Of a stretch of DNA of 64,000 bases, positions 1 to 13,301 are shown piece by piece (position 1 is the first letter of the stretch; every line of letters starts with the position of its first letter). The DNA comes from Lama guanicoe (taxonomy: Eukaryota), in assembly GCA_013239625.1 (NCBI GenBank), contig MU054187.1, forward strand, positions 20,304,897 to 20,368,896. The letters are read 5' to 3'. Below the pieces are notes generated by a model. The model was not told where the DNA came from and ran no database searches. It saw only the letters and a program-made list of their open reading frames with translations. Both the position numbers and the translations under genes were made by a program.

Positions 1-1824
1 GTGAAAAAGTTTCTCCAATTTAAGTTCATGCTAAATTTTCACATGATTTGATTAACATTGAGAATCTGGGAGTATCTCCATCCTTGTTTGCTACCAGCTG
101 TAATGAAGAAATATGTGGAGTTACTGGAAAATGATGCTCTTAGACACTGTCAGTTTCTGTGAAAGAAAAACATTATCCCTCACGCTGAGAGAGGTATAAC
201 ATCTCATCTGTCACACGTGTTATGAATATACATGGGACCCATTCCTAATAGCCCTCTTATCAATCAATATTAGAGGCTGGAAATAGACTCTGTGCCTGAA
301 ACTTCCTGGTTAGTTCCACTCTCAGAAAGCACAAGCCAAGGTGGCCGTTTTTGGCATATGTGTCCCTTGCTGGTGATGAGCAACCATGGAAGGTATCATC
401 TCCAATCTTCAGTCAGACCTGCTGTGTCTGCCTCTGTTCATTTTTGAAATAAATCACTGGATGTTTGCCACATTTAAACACCATATATTTAGGAAATAAT
501 TAGATACGTTTGCACACCTTGCAAGAAAAATAGAAACTTGATAAGTGTTTCTTCAGTTATTGAATGATTGAGTCCCTATTATCTATTCAGAAAAAGTTAC
601 AAATTGTGGGGCAAGTGTAATACAGCTTCTTCAGGCCAGTTTCTATTATCACGTGACTATGTTACTTCAATAGCCATCTAATTCTTTCCTCTGCACATGT
701 TATTGACTCTTCTGATCTTGGCCAAAATAACTTTCAAAATTCAGTTTGGGTTTATGGCTTAATAACTTATAGCTTTAATCTGGTCTTCAAATTTAATCAG
801 CGCCACTAGGCACTGCATCCTGGGGAGAAACGTCAGCAGTTAAGTGATACATGAAACCAGTCACTTCATCTATGTCTGTCTGTGCCAAGTGGCCTTTCTT
901 CTGGGCAAATCTGTAATCATGGACCGTGCCACACATTCACTGATCCACCTGAAAACAAGTCTTTCAGAGACTGAAATCTTCAGCCTTGCCTAAGGGAACA
1001 CCTCCATCTTTGAACTTTTATTGTGTTGTTTTGTACAGAGCATTCTCTGTACTAATTTGTCATGGCTATAAAGCAATTAGCAAAACAGCTTACATTTATA
1101 TTTATTTTCCAGTCCACACACTCCTGTCTGCCCCATGTTTTTTATCCTTAAAATCTATTCCATTCAAGAAATAAGTCATTGGAGAAGTGTGTGTATATAT
1201 TTATGTATATATTTAATGTGAGAAGGGTACCCATCAGCATTTGGAAAGAAATTGGAAACCATATCAATAAAAATAACCAAATCTGATATAATGCATTCTA
1301 CTCAAGTAACCACAGTGAGAAAACGTTTAAGTCCTAGGTCCTTAGCGAATCAGGTGTGTAATCTAGCTCCCATGATTGTAACATCAGTATTCACATAATA
1401 TTAACTTAGAATCTGTAATGTTTATGTTTAAAAGTTTATAGGTCATATGAAACTGTTACACAACTATAAGATGGGTTAGAAATGACCACCTCTTTAGGAA
1501 TTCAGGAAATAACTGTATGACACTTGCTACCATGAAATAATGCTCACTGGTTTTGATAAACAGGATGTCTAACATTTAACGTATTTCAAACTCTTGCTAT
1601 ATGTAGTTAAACACTGTCAAAACAGATATACTCTCAGATTTTTCTTTCTTTAATGTGGACTGATAAGGACTGGAGAGGACATCTGAAAGGTAGGAACCAC
1701 ATCAGCAACATCAGTATTTGCACGGAGAAATCCTATGAGCTCAGAGGAAGGGAGAGCGTGCTTTGGCTGTGGGTGAAAGGAAGCAGAGGCAGCTTCTGGT
1801 AGGTGGGGAAAGGGATGTGGGGAA

Positions 1825-1910
1825 GGTGGAGCCTCCTGAGGTGGGTGGAGCCTCCTGGGGTGGGTGGAGCTTCCTGGGGTGGGTGGAGCCTCCAGGCTCC
1901 AGGGTGGAGC
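1825..1910. repeat. G-rich minisatellite, 19-bp unit GGTGGAGCCTCCTGGGGTG, about 4 copies plus a partial variant
   Basis: Units start at 1825, 1844, 1863 and 1882, with a variant start at 1903; read directly from the sequence. Confidence 0.9.
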
Positions 1911-2194
1911 AAGCAGGAGATTGGCCTGACCCAGAAAGAGGCTCTAGCCCAGTCTTTCTCCAGCTATATGCTTTTTGTGGTTTTCAGGATTCTCCTCCTT
2001 TCATACTTCTTTGTCCTGCTGCTCTGAAGCTCAAGATCCCTCAGGACACGCAGCCGCTGTCCCTTCACTGCCCGCGAGGGTGCCCGTTCTCCATCTGGTC
2101 ACTAAGATCCTTCCTGTCAAAGCATCGGATGTCAACATTTACTACTGTTTGTTTGTTTTTTTCTTTCTTTCTTTTAAAAAAAACTACCTTAATC

Positions 2195-2283
2195 TTTTTT
2201 TAAATTAAAAAAATGTTTTAATTGAAATAAAGTTGATTTACAATGTGTTAGCTTCTGGTATATCAAAAAGTGATTCAGATACA

Positions 2284-2327
<44 letters not shown>

Positions 2328-2478
2328 TATACTTTTTCACTATTGGTTATTACAAGATATTGAATATAGCTCTGTGCTAGACAGTGGGTCCTTGTTGTTT
2401 ATCTACTTTACATATAGTAGTTTGTATCTGATAATCCCGAACTCCCAATTTATCCCTTCCCCCTTCCACTCTGGTAAC
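2195..2478 (-). mobile_element. LINE-1 3' UTR fragment with internal (CA)n
   Basis: ATTGAAATAAAGTTGATTTACAATG...TACAAGATATTGAATATAG...CCCAATTTATCCC matches the 3' end of the larger L1 at 26220-26500; T-rich tail on the left. Confidence 0.85.
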
Positions 2479-2849
2479 TGAGTTAGGAGAACTACTTTCA
2501 TTTTATTAGTAGTAGGAAAAATTAACTGCTAGTGGAAAAAAAAAAAAAGAGATGTCAGTTGGAGACAAGCAAGAAGTGGAGAGCCACCCAGGCAATTCAG
2601 TGGTCCCTGTGGGAGGGGCCTGGACACAGTGAGGAGAGAGTGCTGCAAGCTGAGCCAGACCCTGTGGCCCAGGCGGGTCAGGTTCTGGCACCTTCTGAAG
2701 CGTCTCAGTGTCTCAGGCATGAAACCCAATTCCTACTGCTTAGCCCAGCTCTGGCGAGGGGGTACTGGAGTACGTGGGGGCAGACTTTGTTTCCCTGCAG
2801 TTCTTTATTTTTATTTTCATCCTTACAGTCCTGTGGGTAGGATGACACC

Positions 2850-2960
2850 GGGATGATCATCTCTATTTAGTTGAAGCAGCAGCTGAGGTTCCGAAGTTAA
2901 GGCTCTTTTCTTGGTCCAGGACCGCACAGCCTGGGTTTAAATCCAGCTCTCCTGTCTGAC
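2850..2960 (-). mobile_element. MIR fragment
   Basis: Degenerate core (GCTGAGGTTCCGAAGTTAAGG...CACAGC...GGGTTTAAATCCAG). Confidence 0.5.
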
Positions 2961-3199
2961 AGATCCATTCACTCATTTATCCTTGAAAGCAGGCATTCAT
3001 CCAGGATGTGTTTCTTTAGCACCTTCTCTATACCATGCCCTCTGCTACGCTACGACCGTGGTGACAGCTGCAAACAGAGAAGACAGAGATCTGCCCCAGT
3101 GTGTCACCCAGTCACATTGTGACTGATGTTGCAGTCACCCCATCAGACTGTGAGGGCAGTGGGCAGAGGCTATTGCAGCAACATCAGATTGAAAAAAAA

Positions 3200-3230
<31 letters not shown>

Positions 3231-3299
3231 CACACACATACACACACTCACACGCATACACACACACATATATTATACACATATATATACACATATATG
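3200..3299. repeat. Compound (TA)n/(CA)n microsatellite
   Basis: Seen directly. Confidence 0.9.
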
Positions 3300-5544
3300 A
3301 ATTAAAATGTTTTAATTAAAAAATCAGGAGTGGATGATAAAGTGGATAGAAACTGAACTATTTAAAACCTGGAATCACTAACTGTTCAGAAACCACCCAG
3401 ATGGCTCACTGGTGGTGGCCAACAACAGAAAGGGATAATGTATGTATTTGCATTGTTCTAGCTGCTCCCCAAGCCACCTGTCTCAGAGGAAGCCTGACAT
3501 CAGATACTGAGCCAGGCTAACGCTGGCACCCTGTATAAGAATATAATCATTAATTAACCAAAAAAGAAAGAAACAAACAAAACCCCAAATTATAGTGATT
3601 CCCCCAACTTTCAAAGTAAAGTCTTGAATATGTATTATTTATCTTTAGCTTTCTTCTTCTATCTCTACTTCTATTGAACTCTACCTTGAACACCAGGCTT
3701 CCATCAGTAAAGTGCTATTTGCAATTCACTGGGAGTGTCCAACTTCCTCTTATTTCCCTTGGCATATGCGTAGGGTTTGGTTATGTCCTTCAGATGTTCT
3801 CCAAGGAAATGGGTATTATGGGTATTTCAGCAGTGGATTAAAATTACCCATTTGTTGTATATCTTCTCCACAAGACTACCTTTCATGATGGAAGAAAGGC
3901 TGGAAAATCTTTCATCCCTCCCCCACCATCATTTAGTGTAGATCTGGAGTGTTATAGGCACTTGGATATTTATGAAATGGTAAAGATGAGGTATATGAAG
4001 TAGTAAACTGTAGATCTCCTGAGCAATTGTTTGACTACATACCATATTACAAATACTGGAAAGATGACATAGGAAGTTAACGTGAGTGGGATACAACATC
4101 GCAAGATATTGACAATAGAAGAAACTTTCTTCTTGAATGCTTGTCTCTGAAGCAAAGATTCAAGATGCATTAATAGAAAGAGGACTGTAGCGGTGTGGTA
4201 TTTCTAATAGAAGATGTTTTTCAGTATTGGAGAAAGCGAATTCTTGTTGACCTAGTAATAATAAACTTTCCATCTGGAAAGTGACAGGAGTGGATTGCAC
4301 AGAATCTCTGCTTCCAGAGAAGAAAGTAAACTGTTTATCCAGCACGCCTTACCCTTTTGTTCCCAGCTTCCATGAATTTATGGGCATAAACAAGCTCTCA
4401 TAGTAAGAATTTAATAACTCTTTTGGCAATGGATTCTACAGATTTAATATTTGTCCTGTTAGCTCTCTTACATACTTGCTACTGAATATATTAATATTTT
4501 TCAACATTTTAGATCTGATTAAAGTATCAGGTACATTAGGATATTCCCCTGCATGTTTTCATAGACAAAATAAAGCAAAACAAAACAACAGATCAATCAA
4601 GTGAATAAAGACATTTCTTGGAATGTTGGGAGTTGATGATATGATATGTGAGGACAAAGCTAATGTCAGTAAATACAGAATTCTAAGGGATCGTATGTTA
4701 AGAGTAAGTACTGTATAAGAGTTGGTATAAACACAGGCTAAAAAAATTACATATAGATTTAAAACCTTAGCCTTATTTTTCCTTTCTTCCACCAAAAAGT
4801 AAATGGAGCTCTCTTAAATATAGATCAAAGATAGCATATTTTAAGTGTGTAATTTAATAAGATGTGCTTTTAAATCATAAATTCCATAGAATAAAATTTA
4901 GATTAGTCAAGTTGCTTTAACATTAACATTTACCTGTTTATTGGGGGGGGGGGAATTACTCTTAATATGGATTACAGAAAAGAATAAGCTAAGGATAGGA
5001 AATCCTTAGAACATACAGTTTAATCCAGTTGTTGAGATAAGTTCCTAATCCACCAGAGAGTATATAAAATAAGTCATTCCAGGATAGAGAATCTCTTTCT
5101 CTGCTTGATTTATGATATTTTTTATCAACCTTATCGTTCTTCTAAATTGTGATTCTTATAAAACCATCATAAGTCTAGTAAACCTATGTATGGCTGTAAC
5201 TGCACTGGTTACAACGCCCATATTTTCTTACATCAGAGAATTGATTCGGCCCTTGGGTTATCACATTTTAAATGAGGCAATAAAATATGGCACAAACGCA
5301 TGTGGGGAGAGAGGTATAAACAATGTAGAGAAGGGTCTGAAAACCATGTCAGTTCAGGCACGCTAGACATATAAGTTGGTGACAGAAAACAAAGAAAGGA
5401 AAATTGATGTCTTCTAATCACTGAAGTTTTGTGTTTTGGAAAAAGGAATAAATAATCACATGTAGCTCTGAAATGGCGAGACAGGTTAAGCGCCTCATTA
5501 AAGATAAATTTAAAGAGCATTTTTTTAATAATTGATGCCACAAA

Positions 5545-5760
5545 TGGGCTCAGTGGCTAACGATATGGTCTCTGGAAATGCACTACCTGGGTTTGTACAT
5601 TTTCTGTGCATCCTGATTTTTCAGTCATGGAACAGATAAGTATTTTCATAGCTTTCTGTACATAAAATTGGAAATGGCAGTAAGTACCAAGTCAGAGAGT
5701 TGGTATTTGGATAAATGAGAGAATGTTTATAAAACATTTATAAAAGCATTTGTATGTAAA
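5545..5760 (+). mobile_element. MIR
   Basis: CAGTGGCTAA...TCTGGAAATGCACTACCTGGGTTTG...TAAAATTGGAAATGGCAGTAAGTACC...ATAAATGAGAGAATG follows the MIR layout. Confidence 0.65.
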
Positions 5761-8374
5761 GCTGTTAAATATTACTATCATCACTGAACTGATGACTTTG
5801 TAATGTAGTAAAAGCCGTATCACAGTAAGAAGAAAAATAGATGTAATACAGAGGAAATTACTACCATAGCTAAGAGAACTGAACCATGTAACCTCAAAGG
5901 TAATCAAAAATCAAAGCATGTATTGTTCTCTGGGCAAATGTTCTAAATAAAAGCATTGCCTTTGGTTGAATAGAAAAAAAAATATATATATATGGCAATA
6001 TATGGATGTATATTTGTTATTAAGGTAGACATAATTCAAAAAGTTTCCAGTTTAAAGAAATGGGTAGAATAAATATTAGTGGGATTTATAAATTTTTCCT
6101 TAATTACATGTAAATGTGAGAGGGGAAAAAACACAATATTCTGATTTATAATACGTCCTTAAATACTTGTTGACTTATTGAATATTATGAGATAAATTGG
6201 AAGAGGCACAGCTTTGCAGTCAACTTCTCTTTTTATCTCCAGTAGTAGTAGTGTAATATCTGTCTGTTTGTTTTTTTTGCCTCTCTATCTGAATTCTGAA
6301 ACAATAGGGCCATACTGCTCACAGTTAGGATCTAGACATTTTACATTGAAGTCAGTGTGAGGCTCAATAACCTTATTGAGAGAAAACAACCAGAAATAAA
6401 TTGTTACAAAACCAATTTCCCCAAAGAAAAGCCATCGAGTTACTATGTAGCCAAGCAAACTCAAAATGCCAATGCAATGTTCTATCCCCATCGTACGTTT
6501 AGTTTGCTGTTTCTATAAGTTGTTTATTCACCTAATTGAAAGCTTGCAAGCTAATACTTGATCCCAGTCTATTTTGTTCTTACCTGAGAAAATGAAATTC
6601 CACTTTATTTTTAATTCCATTTATAAAATCCACTATGCAAACATTTTTAAAATTGGAAGTTCTGTGAAAAAAAAAACTATTAAGAAAAACACATGAAAGT
6701 GTGTAGGGCTCTGTATAATTCTGTGAGATAAAATTTAAATAAAAAATGCAATTCTTCAGGTCCTACACATATTGGTAAGCTGCCATTTGTCAGTTTATTC
6801 AAACTGATGAAAAGAGTGGAAACATTTCAGATTGGCATATATTATTAGATATTTGAAAATCTAAACAAAACAAAATAATACCTGAATGTGTGATCTCTTT
6901 TTTCCCCCAACTATTGGAATCACTGAGGTCTCAAGTAGGCAACTACAGTATTTCTTGTACAAACTTTAGAAAAACAGTCACACACAAATACTTGAGAAAC
7001 AACATAAAATGCAAATTTGTTCAGGCTTTTCTTACCAGGGAAAGAATAAGCCAAATTATTGATTCATGTGCAGTGTTCTTACCTTTGCAGAATATCCGTT
7101 GTTTTCATCCAGTATTAATGTGGTCTATTAAAGAGCTTTTATTTCCGCTTTAATAAATCTTTCCAAAGGGAACATGTATATTTTAGGAGGTAAAACAGCA
7201 GTATTCTGCAAATGACTGGGTGAGAAATATTTCCTGATAAAAAATATTTAAATCAGAAAAGGTATAATTGTTTAGCTAATCAGCTTTGACAATAGAAAAG
7301 ATCAGCATTAATTATAGCCTAGACTTTTGGGTAATAAATGACATTTCCATTAATGGTAATGGGAATTTTATGTTTTAATTTTCATTGCTCTGAAAATATA
7401 TTCTTATATAGAGCCATGTTTCATTTTATTATGATCCCCACGTGTTTTTTTGCTTTTAATATCATGAATCAAGAATATTTAGACCTTGGTAATATAATTC
7501 AACCCCAGAAATTAAAAGACTTATTTTCTATCACAACATTAGTGAATAAAGAAGAAAGATAAAATGCTGGCAAAATAATCAATGCTTTTACAGACACACA
7601 TGCACACTCTTGCAATTTTACAGAAGGAAAATTAGTTTCAAGTGATTGTTCATAACCATAGTAAATGAGTTAGCACAGTTAAATAGTCAACTCAGTATTT
7701 ATATACATATATACATATGTATATGCATATATCTAAACTCTTTCTATCTTTAAAAGCAAAAGCATACATACGTAAATCCCCCATACCTCATATATATATA
7801 TGAAAAAGCTAATTTGGCTGATGTTTTACACTGAACCAAATAAATCATTACATTGTTTTTGTATCATCTACTCCCAGTCCATTATTGATATTATTTCTTA
7901 TTTTGAATTTCACAGGACACTAGCAACATGGTTCCTTTTACATGAAGTTACAAAGCCCTTGTTTCAACTGCTGCTGAGATGGTGGATGGAGGTATGTTTT
8001 ATTTTAGAAGAAAATAATTTATCAGAAATAACATGCTGTGCTATGAGCTCTGTAAGGGCAGGTACATTATGCTATTCCGTTTGTCTGTCAGTTTTCTTAA
8101 ATTTATATTCTCATTTTATTAACACATTCTGAGATACAATTTCCTTGGAAGCAGGGAGTATATCTTTCTCATACATTCTGCTATCTCTACCCCGTGGGTG
8201 CCACACTTTTATTCATCTATTCATTCAACAAATATTTCAGTGCCTAGGAACATCAGGTATGGGTTTAAAGCAATGAATAAGACACACGTGGTCTCTTCCC
8301 CTTTGTATTCCAGAAGGTAAAAAGAATCTGTTTTTTTTCTTTTTTTGAATGAACCAATATAATTTCTCTTTGTG

Positions 8375-8950
8375 TAATCCAACAATGCAGTGAGGATGGC
8401 ATTATAATACTATTGACACAAATAATCAATAAGCAAAGTATATCAAAGAATAGAAGATAGTTTTATTTGAATCAAACTGAGCATATAGTCCATGAGACAC
8501 AAATCAAAGAAGCACTTGAACTGTGTTCTGCCAGACTACAAAATGCAGAAGGCGTATATAGGCAAAAACCACAGTTACAGTTGTTTTCCAAGAATTAGGA
8601 TTGAAGCTGGCAAGAAGTAAGGGTGCCTGTTAAGCAGGGATTGGTTGGGATCTGAAATGGCTGTATAGCTACAAGGGGAGATCTTGAGATCATCAGGTAC
8701 AGCTGGCAGCTGCTGCCTGACTTTGTTTTGAGAATGATTGGTGGTGGCTTTGAGTCTGAGACTGTTCAGAAAATTCAAGTTCTCAGGTTTCAGGAATGTG
8801 TCTGAAATCACATTTACTATGACCACCTGGCTCTGTTTTGGATGCCTGGACGTTTTCACATCTTCTCAAAATGAAGAACAAAGATCCAGCACGACAGGGT
8901 TATATTCCTTCAAGGATGCAAGAGTTAGATTAGAACACACCCAGCTCGTC
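8375..8950 (-). mobile_element. MIR interrupted by an ERV1-class LTR
   Basis: Left piece AATCCAACAATGCAGTGAGGATGGCATTATAATAC and right piece CAAAATGAAGAACAAAGA...AGGGTTATATTCCTTCAAGG are collinear MIR core halves. Confidence 0.5.
8411..8860 (-). mobile_element. ERV1-class solo LTR (~450 bp)
   Basis: Ends TATTGAC (degenerate TG start) and TTCACA; minus-strand AATAAA at ~8462 and TATATA at ~8556; same architecture as the LTRs at 24923 and 46356. No clear TSD. Confidence 0.65.
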
Positions 8951-9149
8951 AGCATGACCTTGGCGTCTGGAAGGCAACATCATATCTTTATCTTCAAAGT
9001 GGACATTTCAAGCAATCTGGTAAATGCATTCTTTCTTAATGGTTAAAGCAGCTGTGCAATGTATATTTGACAAGTGATAAGATGGGCTATTATAGTTGGC
9101 ATAAAGTTCAAGCCAAATCATGTATAAGCCAGAATGACTTCCCCAAACC

Positions 9150-9290
9150 TTCACATGTGAAAATTCCCTCCATGAACACACATGCCATCGATGAGGAAAC
9201 TGAAGCACAGGCAAGTTCTAAACTTCACCCAAGGCCACAGATTGGATGGGCGTGAATCATCAGCGTCCAGGCACTAAAGGCACACTATCT
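9150..9290 (-). mobile_element. MIR core
   Basis: GATGAGGAAACTGAAGCACAG...ACTTCACCCAAGGCCACAG. Confidence 0.7.
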
Positions 9291-10080
9291 CATTTTTTTT
9301 TTTGATAGTTAAATTGATTACCCTGCCCCTGAATCGTTACTTTGTTTGAGGTTTCTTTATGAATTTAATTTTAAAGTTTATTGGTACTTAATGTAAATTT
9401 ATGAAATAATAATCCCAAAAGCTTCAGAGGGATGGCTGCTTTCCTGGACATCAAAGGCCATGGCAAGACATAGGGTCATCAGAGCAGCACTGTTCAATTT
9501 CCAGTCACTTTATTGCCTTCATGACTTGCAGCAAGTCACCAAATTTTGCCTATATTTGTAATATACATGTTGAATCAGAGGGTTTCTAAAGTCTTTTTTA
9601 ATTCTACAGAACTATATACCTAACAGCATTAAATGGTAAATATATATATACATATATTTAACGATATACAATCATACTTTTTTTAGCAGCATCTGGAGAA
9701 GACGTATTCTATCTTAAGGAGTTTTGGGTAGTTGAAATTCTCCTGATCAATCGTTAATGCTTTAATTTATAGAAATCTTAAATGTATTTACTGTTATTGT
9801 GATTTCTGTGATTTGTTAGACTCATTATTATAAACATATGCTGTTGAAAACTACCTGAAATAACCTAGGCTTGCTTTGTTTTGTTAGTGTTTGTTGTTTT
9901 TAATTTTTTGGCATATTTTTAATATTAAGCCATTGCTTTTTACAACTGTCTGACTTCTCTAGTAACATGTCTATCTTGATAATTTTCTCCTTATCTTTTG
10001 AGTTTGATTTTGAAAAAAAATGATAGCTTTATTTCTTGAATTGTACCTTTTGCAAAAAGAAATTAGATAAAATTCTGACA

Positions 10081-10214
10081 AGGGGGAAGGTATAGCTCAA
10101 GAGGTAGAGCATTTATGAGGTCCTAGGTTCAATCCTCAGTACCTCTAAAAATAAACTTAATCACTCCCTGCCAAAAAAATTCATTAAAAAATATAATACT
10201 AAATAAATATTTTA
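10081..10214 (+). mobile_element. tRNA-derived SINE, Vic-1-like (camelid), with a short internal deletion
   Basis: GGGGGAAGGTATAGCTCAAGAGG (A box) and GGTTCAATCC (B box), A-rich tail; 12-bp TSD AAAATTCTGACA at 10069-10080 and 10215-10226. Confidence 0.9.
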
Positions 10215-12914
10215 AAAATTCTGACATAACTGTAGACCTTCTCTGTAGAAAAAAACTGAAGAATATCCACTCATATCCTTTCTTACCTATAGAATACAGC
10301 CCCCTATGTTTTATGCTACATTTTAGGAGACTGAGACCTTCAATTTATTAGAATCTTTATTGGAAACTAGTTTATAAAAAAACTTTTAACAAATGTTAAT
10401 TAAATCTTTGGATTATTCATGTATGCATAGGTATTAGGGCTCTGTACATAGCAATTTACATATTTGCCTCTTAAAACTTCAAAACAAAAATGAAAAAAAG
10501 GAAACAGCTGATACCTATAAGATTGAAGCCTGATGTTACTATAGTATAGAAGCTACATGCGGAATCTCATTATTTATTTTCTTTGTCACTTACAAAGCAC
10601 TCATTGCCGTGAAGATAATCTACAGTTGCTTATTTCACATTCATAGTGTCACTAAATGCAAGTGTAATTTTAAATTGTGAGGAATATCATGGTGATTCCT
10701 TGCTTATGTTTCCTAAGTTAAACGGGGCTCATAAAATACAAAACTGAATAATTTTTAAACATGATGGGAACAACCTCAGCTCTACAGCTTGTTGAATTAC
10801 CTGCTCCACATATGAGGAAGTCAAATTTGGAAAAGATGACGTAAGTTGTATGTGTGAGTGCTTATGAAACACAATGATGAATTTAAATACATTTCAACTT
10901 TAGGTGCTTTTTAATATGTACTCACTACTGTTCTTATTGCTGTCCGTCACATGTGCATCTTCATTTTTATTTTTTGAAGAAAACTTTTTTTAAAAAACTG
11001 AACATATATATATCTTCATAAATTCTATAATTTCCAAGTTCCTTCATATCAAAATTGTTATGAAAAAGCAAATTTAATTTTATAGGTTTGCTAGAAACAC
11101 TATAGCACCATAATTTCAGAATTCACCATGCTAGTTGTTCATAAAAATAAACAGAATTTTCGGAACATACTTGCTTTTAAGGGAGCTACTTAACTGAATA
11201 TAACAATACAGGAGTGAAATAAAATTCCTTCCTGACCTAACACTGTTAAAATATCAAAGCACAATATTTCATAGCCTTTGCCTTCTTTTCATTAAATCTA
11301 ACTATAGGTTTTATTGACCATAAAACTATGTAACCCTTCTTAAAAGCTAGCCATGTAAGCTCTTGGAACGGTTTCTTTCATTTCATCCCTTAAACAGTCT
11401 ATGTGATTTTTACATCTTCTCAGAAATAGTCTTGGAATAATAGAGTAAGTGGAGGTTATTTCCTTTCAGTATCCACTTGCTGTATGCTAATGTATTTATA
11501 TATAATTAAATAAAATTATTTTCATTTGTGCATCTGCTTCTTAACATATTTGCTTAATGGGCATCAATACGATCAAATATGCATACTTATTTTTCAAATC
11601 ACAATAAAAATGTAAAGTTTTTCTACACTGTAAATATATAACAGGTATTCATAATTATATGCATATAATCATATATATGCAATAATAATATTATTCTAGC
11701 ATATGATATTGAAAATACACCACCAGTTTGAAAAAAACATTTTCAATAAATCCCTTTGTCCCGTGAATTGAAAGAAGCATATTCATTTTCATATACTTAA
11801 AAAAATCTAACCCATTTTAATTCAAATCTATACATAGTAGCTTTTAATTTATAAATGCTTTTACATTATTTACATTATCTTTATATTATAAATTTTCTTA
11901 TGACAAGCAGCAGACCATTTCAAAGACAGTGCGTATGAGATCAGCTCCAGATTTTAGATGTGTACAAAAGGAGGGAAATGTTTATGAAGTCTTTTTTCCT
12001 TTTCTTTTTTCATAAATTTATTCAGTTTGCTTATCAGAGGATTAGATGAAATATCAAAAATGAAATCATAATCAGTCAATCTAGGGAATTTTCTTAGTTC
12101 TAAACAATATAGGATTGGTCAAAGGGAAGACTGAAACTTCATACTATAAAGTTCAAGGATTATCTGTGGATATCATATAGTCAATGCAATTCTTGCAACC
12201 TATGGGTATAGGTTATTACAGTTTCAATATATAAAGTGAGATTTCCTGCATGATAAACCAGAGCCCAGATCCCAGTAATGTGAGCAATATACATAGCAGG
12301 CCATTTCCCCCTAAATGCCTAAATAAATTGATCTGTAGTTGAAGGTAAAAAGTAAAGGTTCTCCTCCTTGCACGTTGCTCTGGTAACCATTTCTGGTAAC
12401 CATCAACCATGTCATAAGATAATTATAAATGGTCTGTGAGAGCACAACAACACAGCAGTGATAGATTTGGAGCGGCTATCTTCCAAACTGCCTTCAGTCC
12501 CTTGTTGACCCCAATTCCTGATTTCCCTACACTCTAACTTTATATATATATATTTTTTTTTCCGATCTTCATTCACCATCATCATTTAGGAAACAGGGTG
12601 TTACACATAGTTTTTATTGCTGCAATACCTAAAGATTTTTTTAATATAGAATATTATTTTAAAAATCTTGCAAAGTGAATGTAAGATAAATATAAAAGAA
12701 GATAGTATATTTTTGATATAAAAATTTTAGAAGATAAAGTAAAAGAGATTAATTCAAATCAGCAAATGACTCAAATCCCAAAGGGCCTGACTTAATCTCA
12801 CCGAGTGCACAATGTCTAGGTAGAAATGAACTTAATGTATTAGCATTTTTGTCTGTGATACTGGGCAAATGAACATTAGCTCTCATATCCTGAACTTGCA
12901 TGCTCATTCTCTGC

Positions 12915-13301
12915 TTTTATGGGTTAAACTGCATCCCTGCTAAAGTCATATGTTGACATCCTAACCCCTGGTACCTCAGAATGTGGCTGTATTTGGAGAC
13001 AGGGTCTTTAAAGAGGTAACTGAGGTTAAATGAGGTCATTAGGGAGGGCCTTAATCCAAAAACTATTGATAGGAAGGAAGATCAGGACACGGACACACAC
13101 CTAGGGAAGACCATGTGATACCATCAAAAGAAGACGGCCATGTACAACCAAGGAGAAAGGCCAGTTCCTCAGCAGAAGCCAATGTTGTTCACACCTCCAT
13201 GTTGAACTTCTGGCCTCCAGAAATATGGGGAAATAAATTTCAATTTTTTAATCCACCCAGTCTATGGTAATTTGTGATGGCACTCCTAACACACTAGCAC
13301 A
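12915..13301 (+). mobile_element. ERVL-MaLR solo LTR, MLT1B-like, full length
   Basis: CCTAACCCCTGGTACCTCAGAATGTGGCTGTATTTGGAGACAGGGTCTTTAAAGAGG...AATAAATTTC...CCACCCAGTCT; 5-bp TSD TCTGC (12910-12914) / TCTGA (13302-13306). Confidence 0.9.

Noticed and set aside
798..817. CAGCGCCACTAGGCACTGCA as a CTCF site
   Set aside because: Needs a 1-bp gap and mismatches at key core positions.
1825..1910. CRISPR-like repeat array
   Set aside because: Contiguous tandem units with no unique spacers, eukaryotic context, no cas genes.
1763..2203. 146-aa ORF (and overlapping ORFs)
   Set aside because: Non-ATG start; it is open because it runs through a G-rich minisatellite and a T-rich tract; no recognisable domain.
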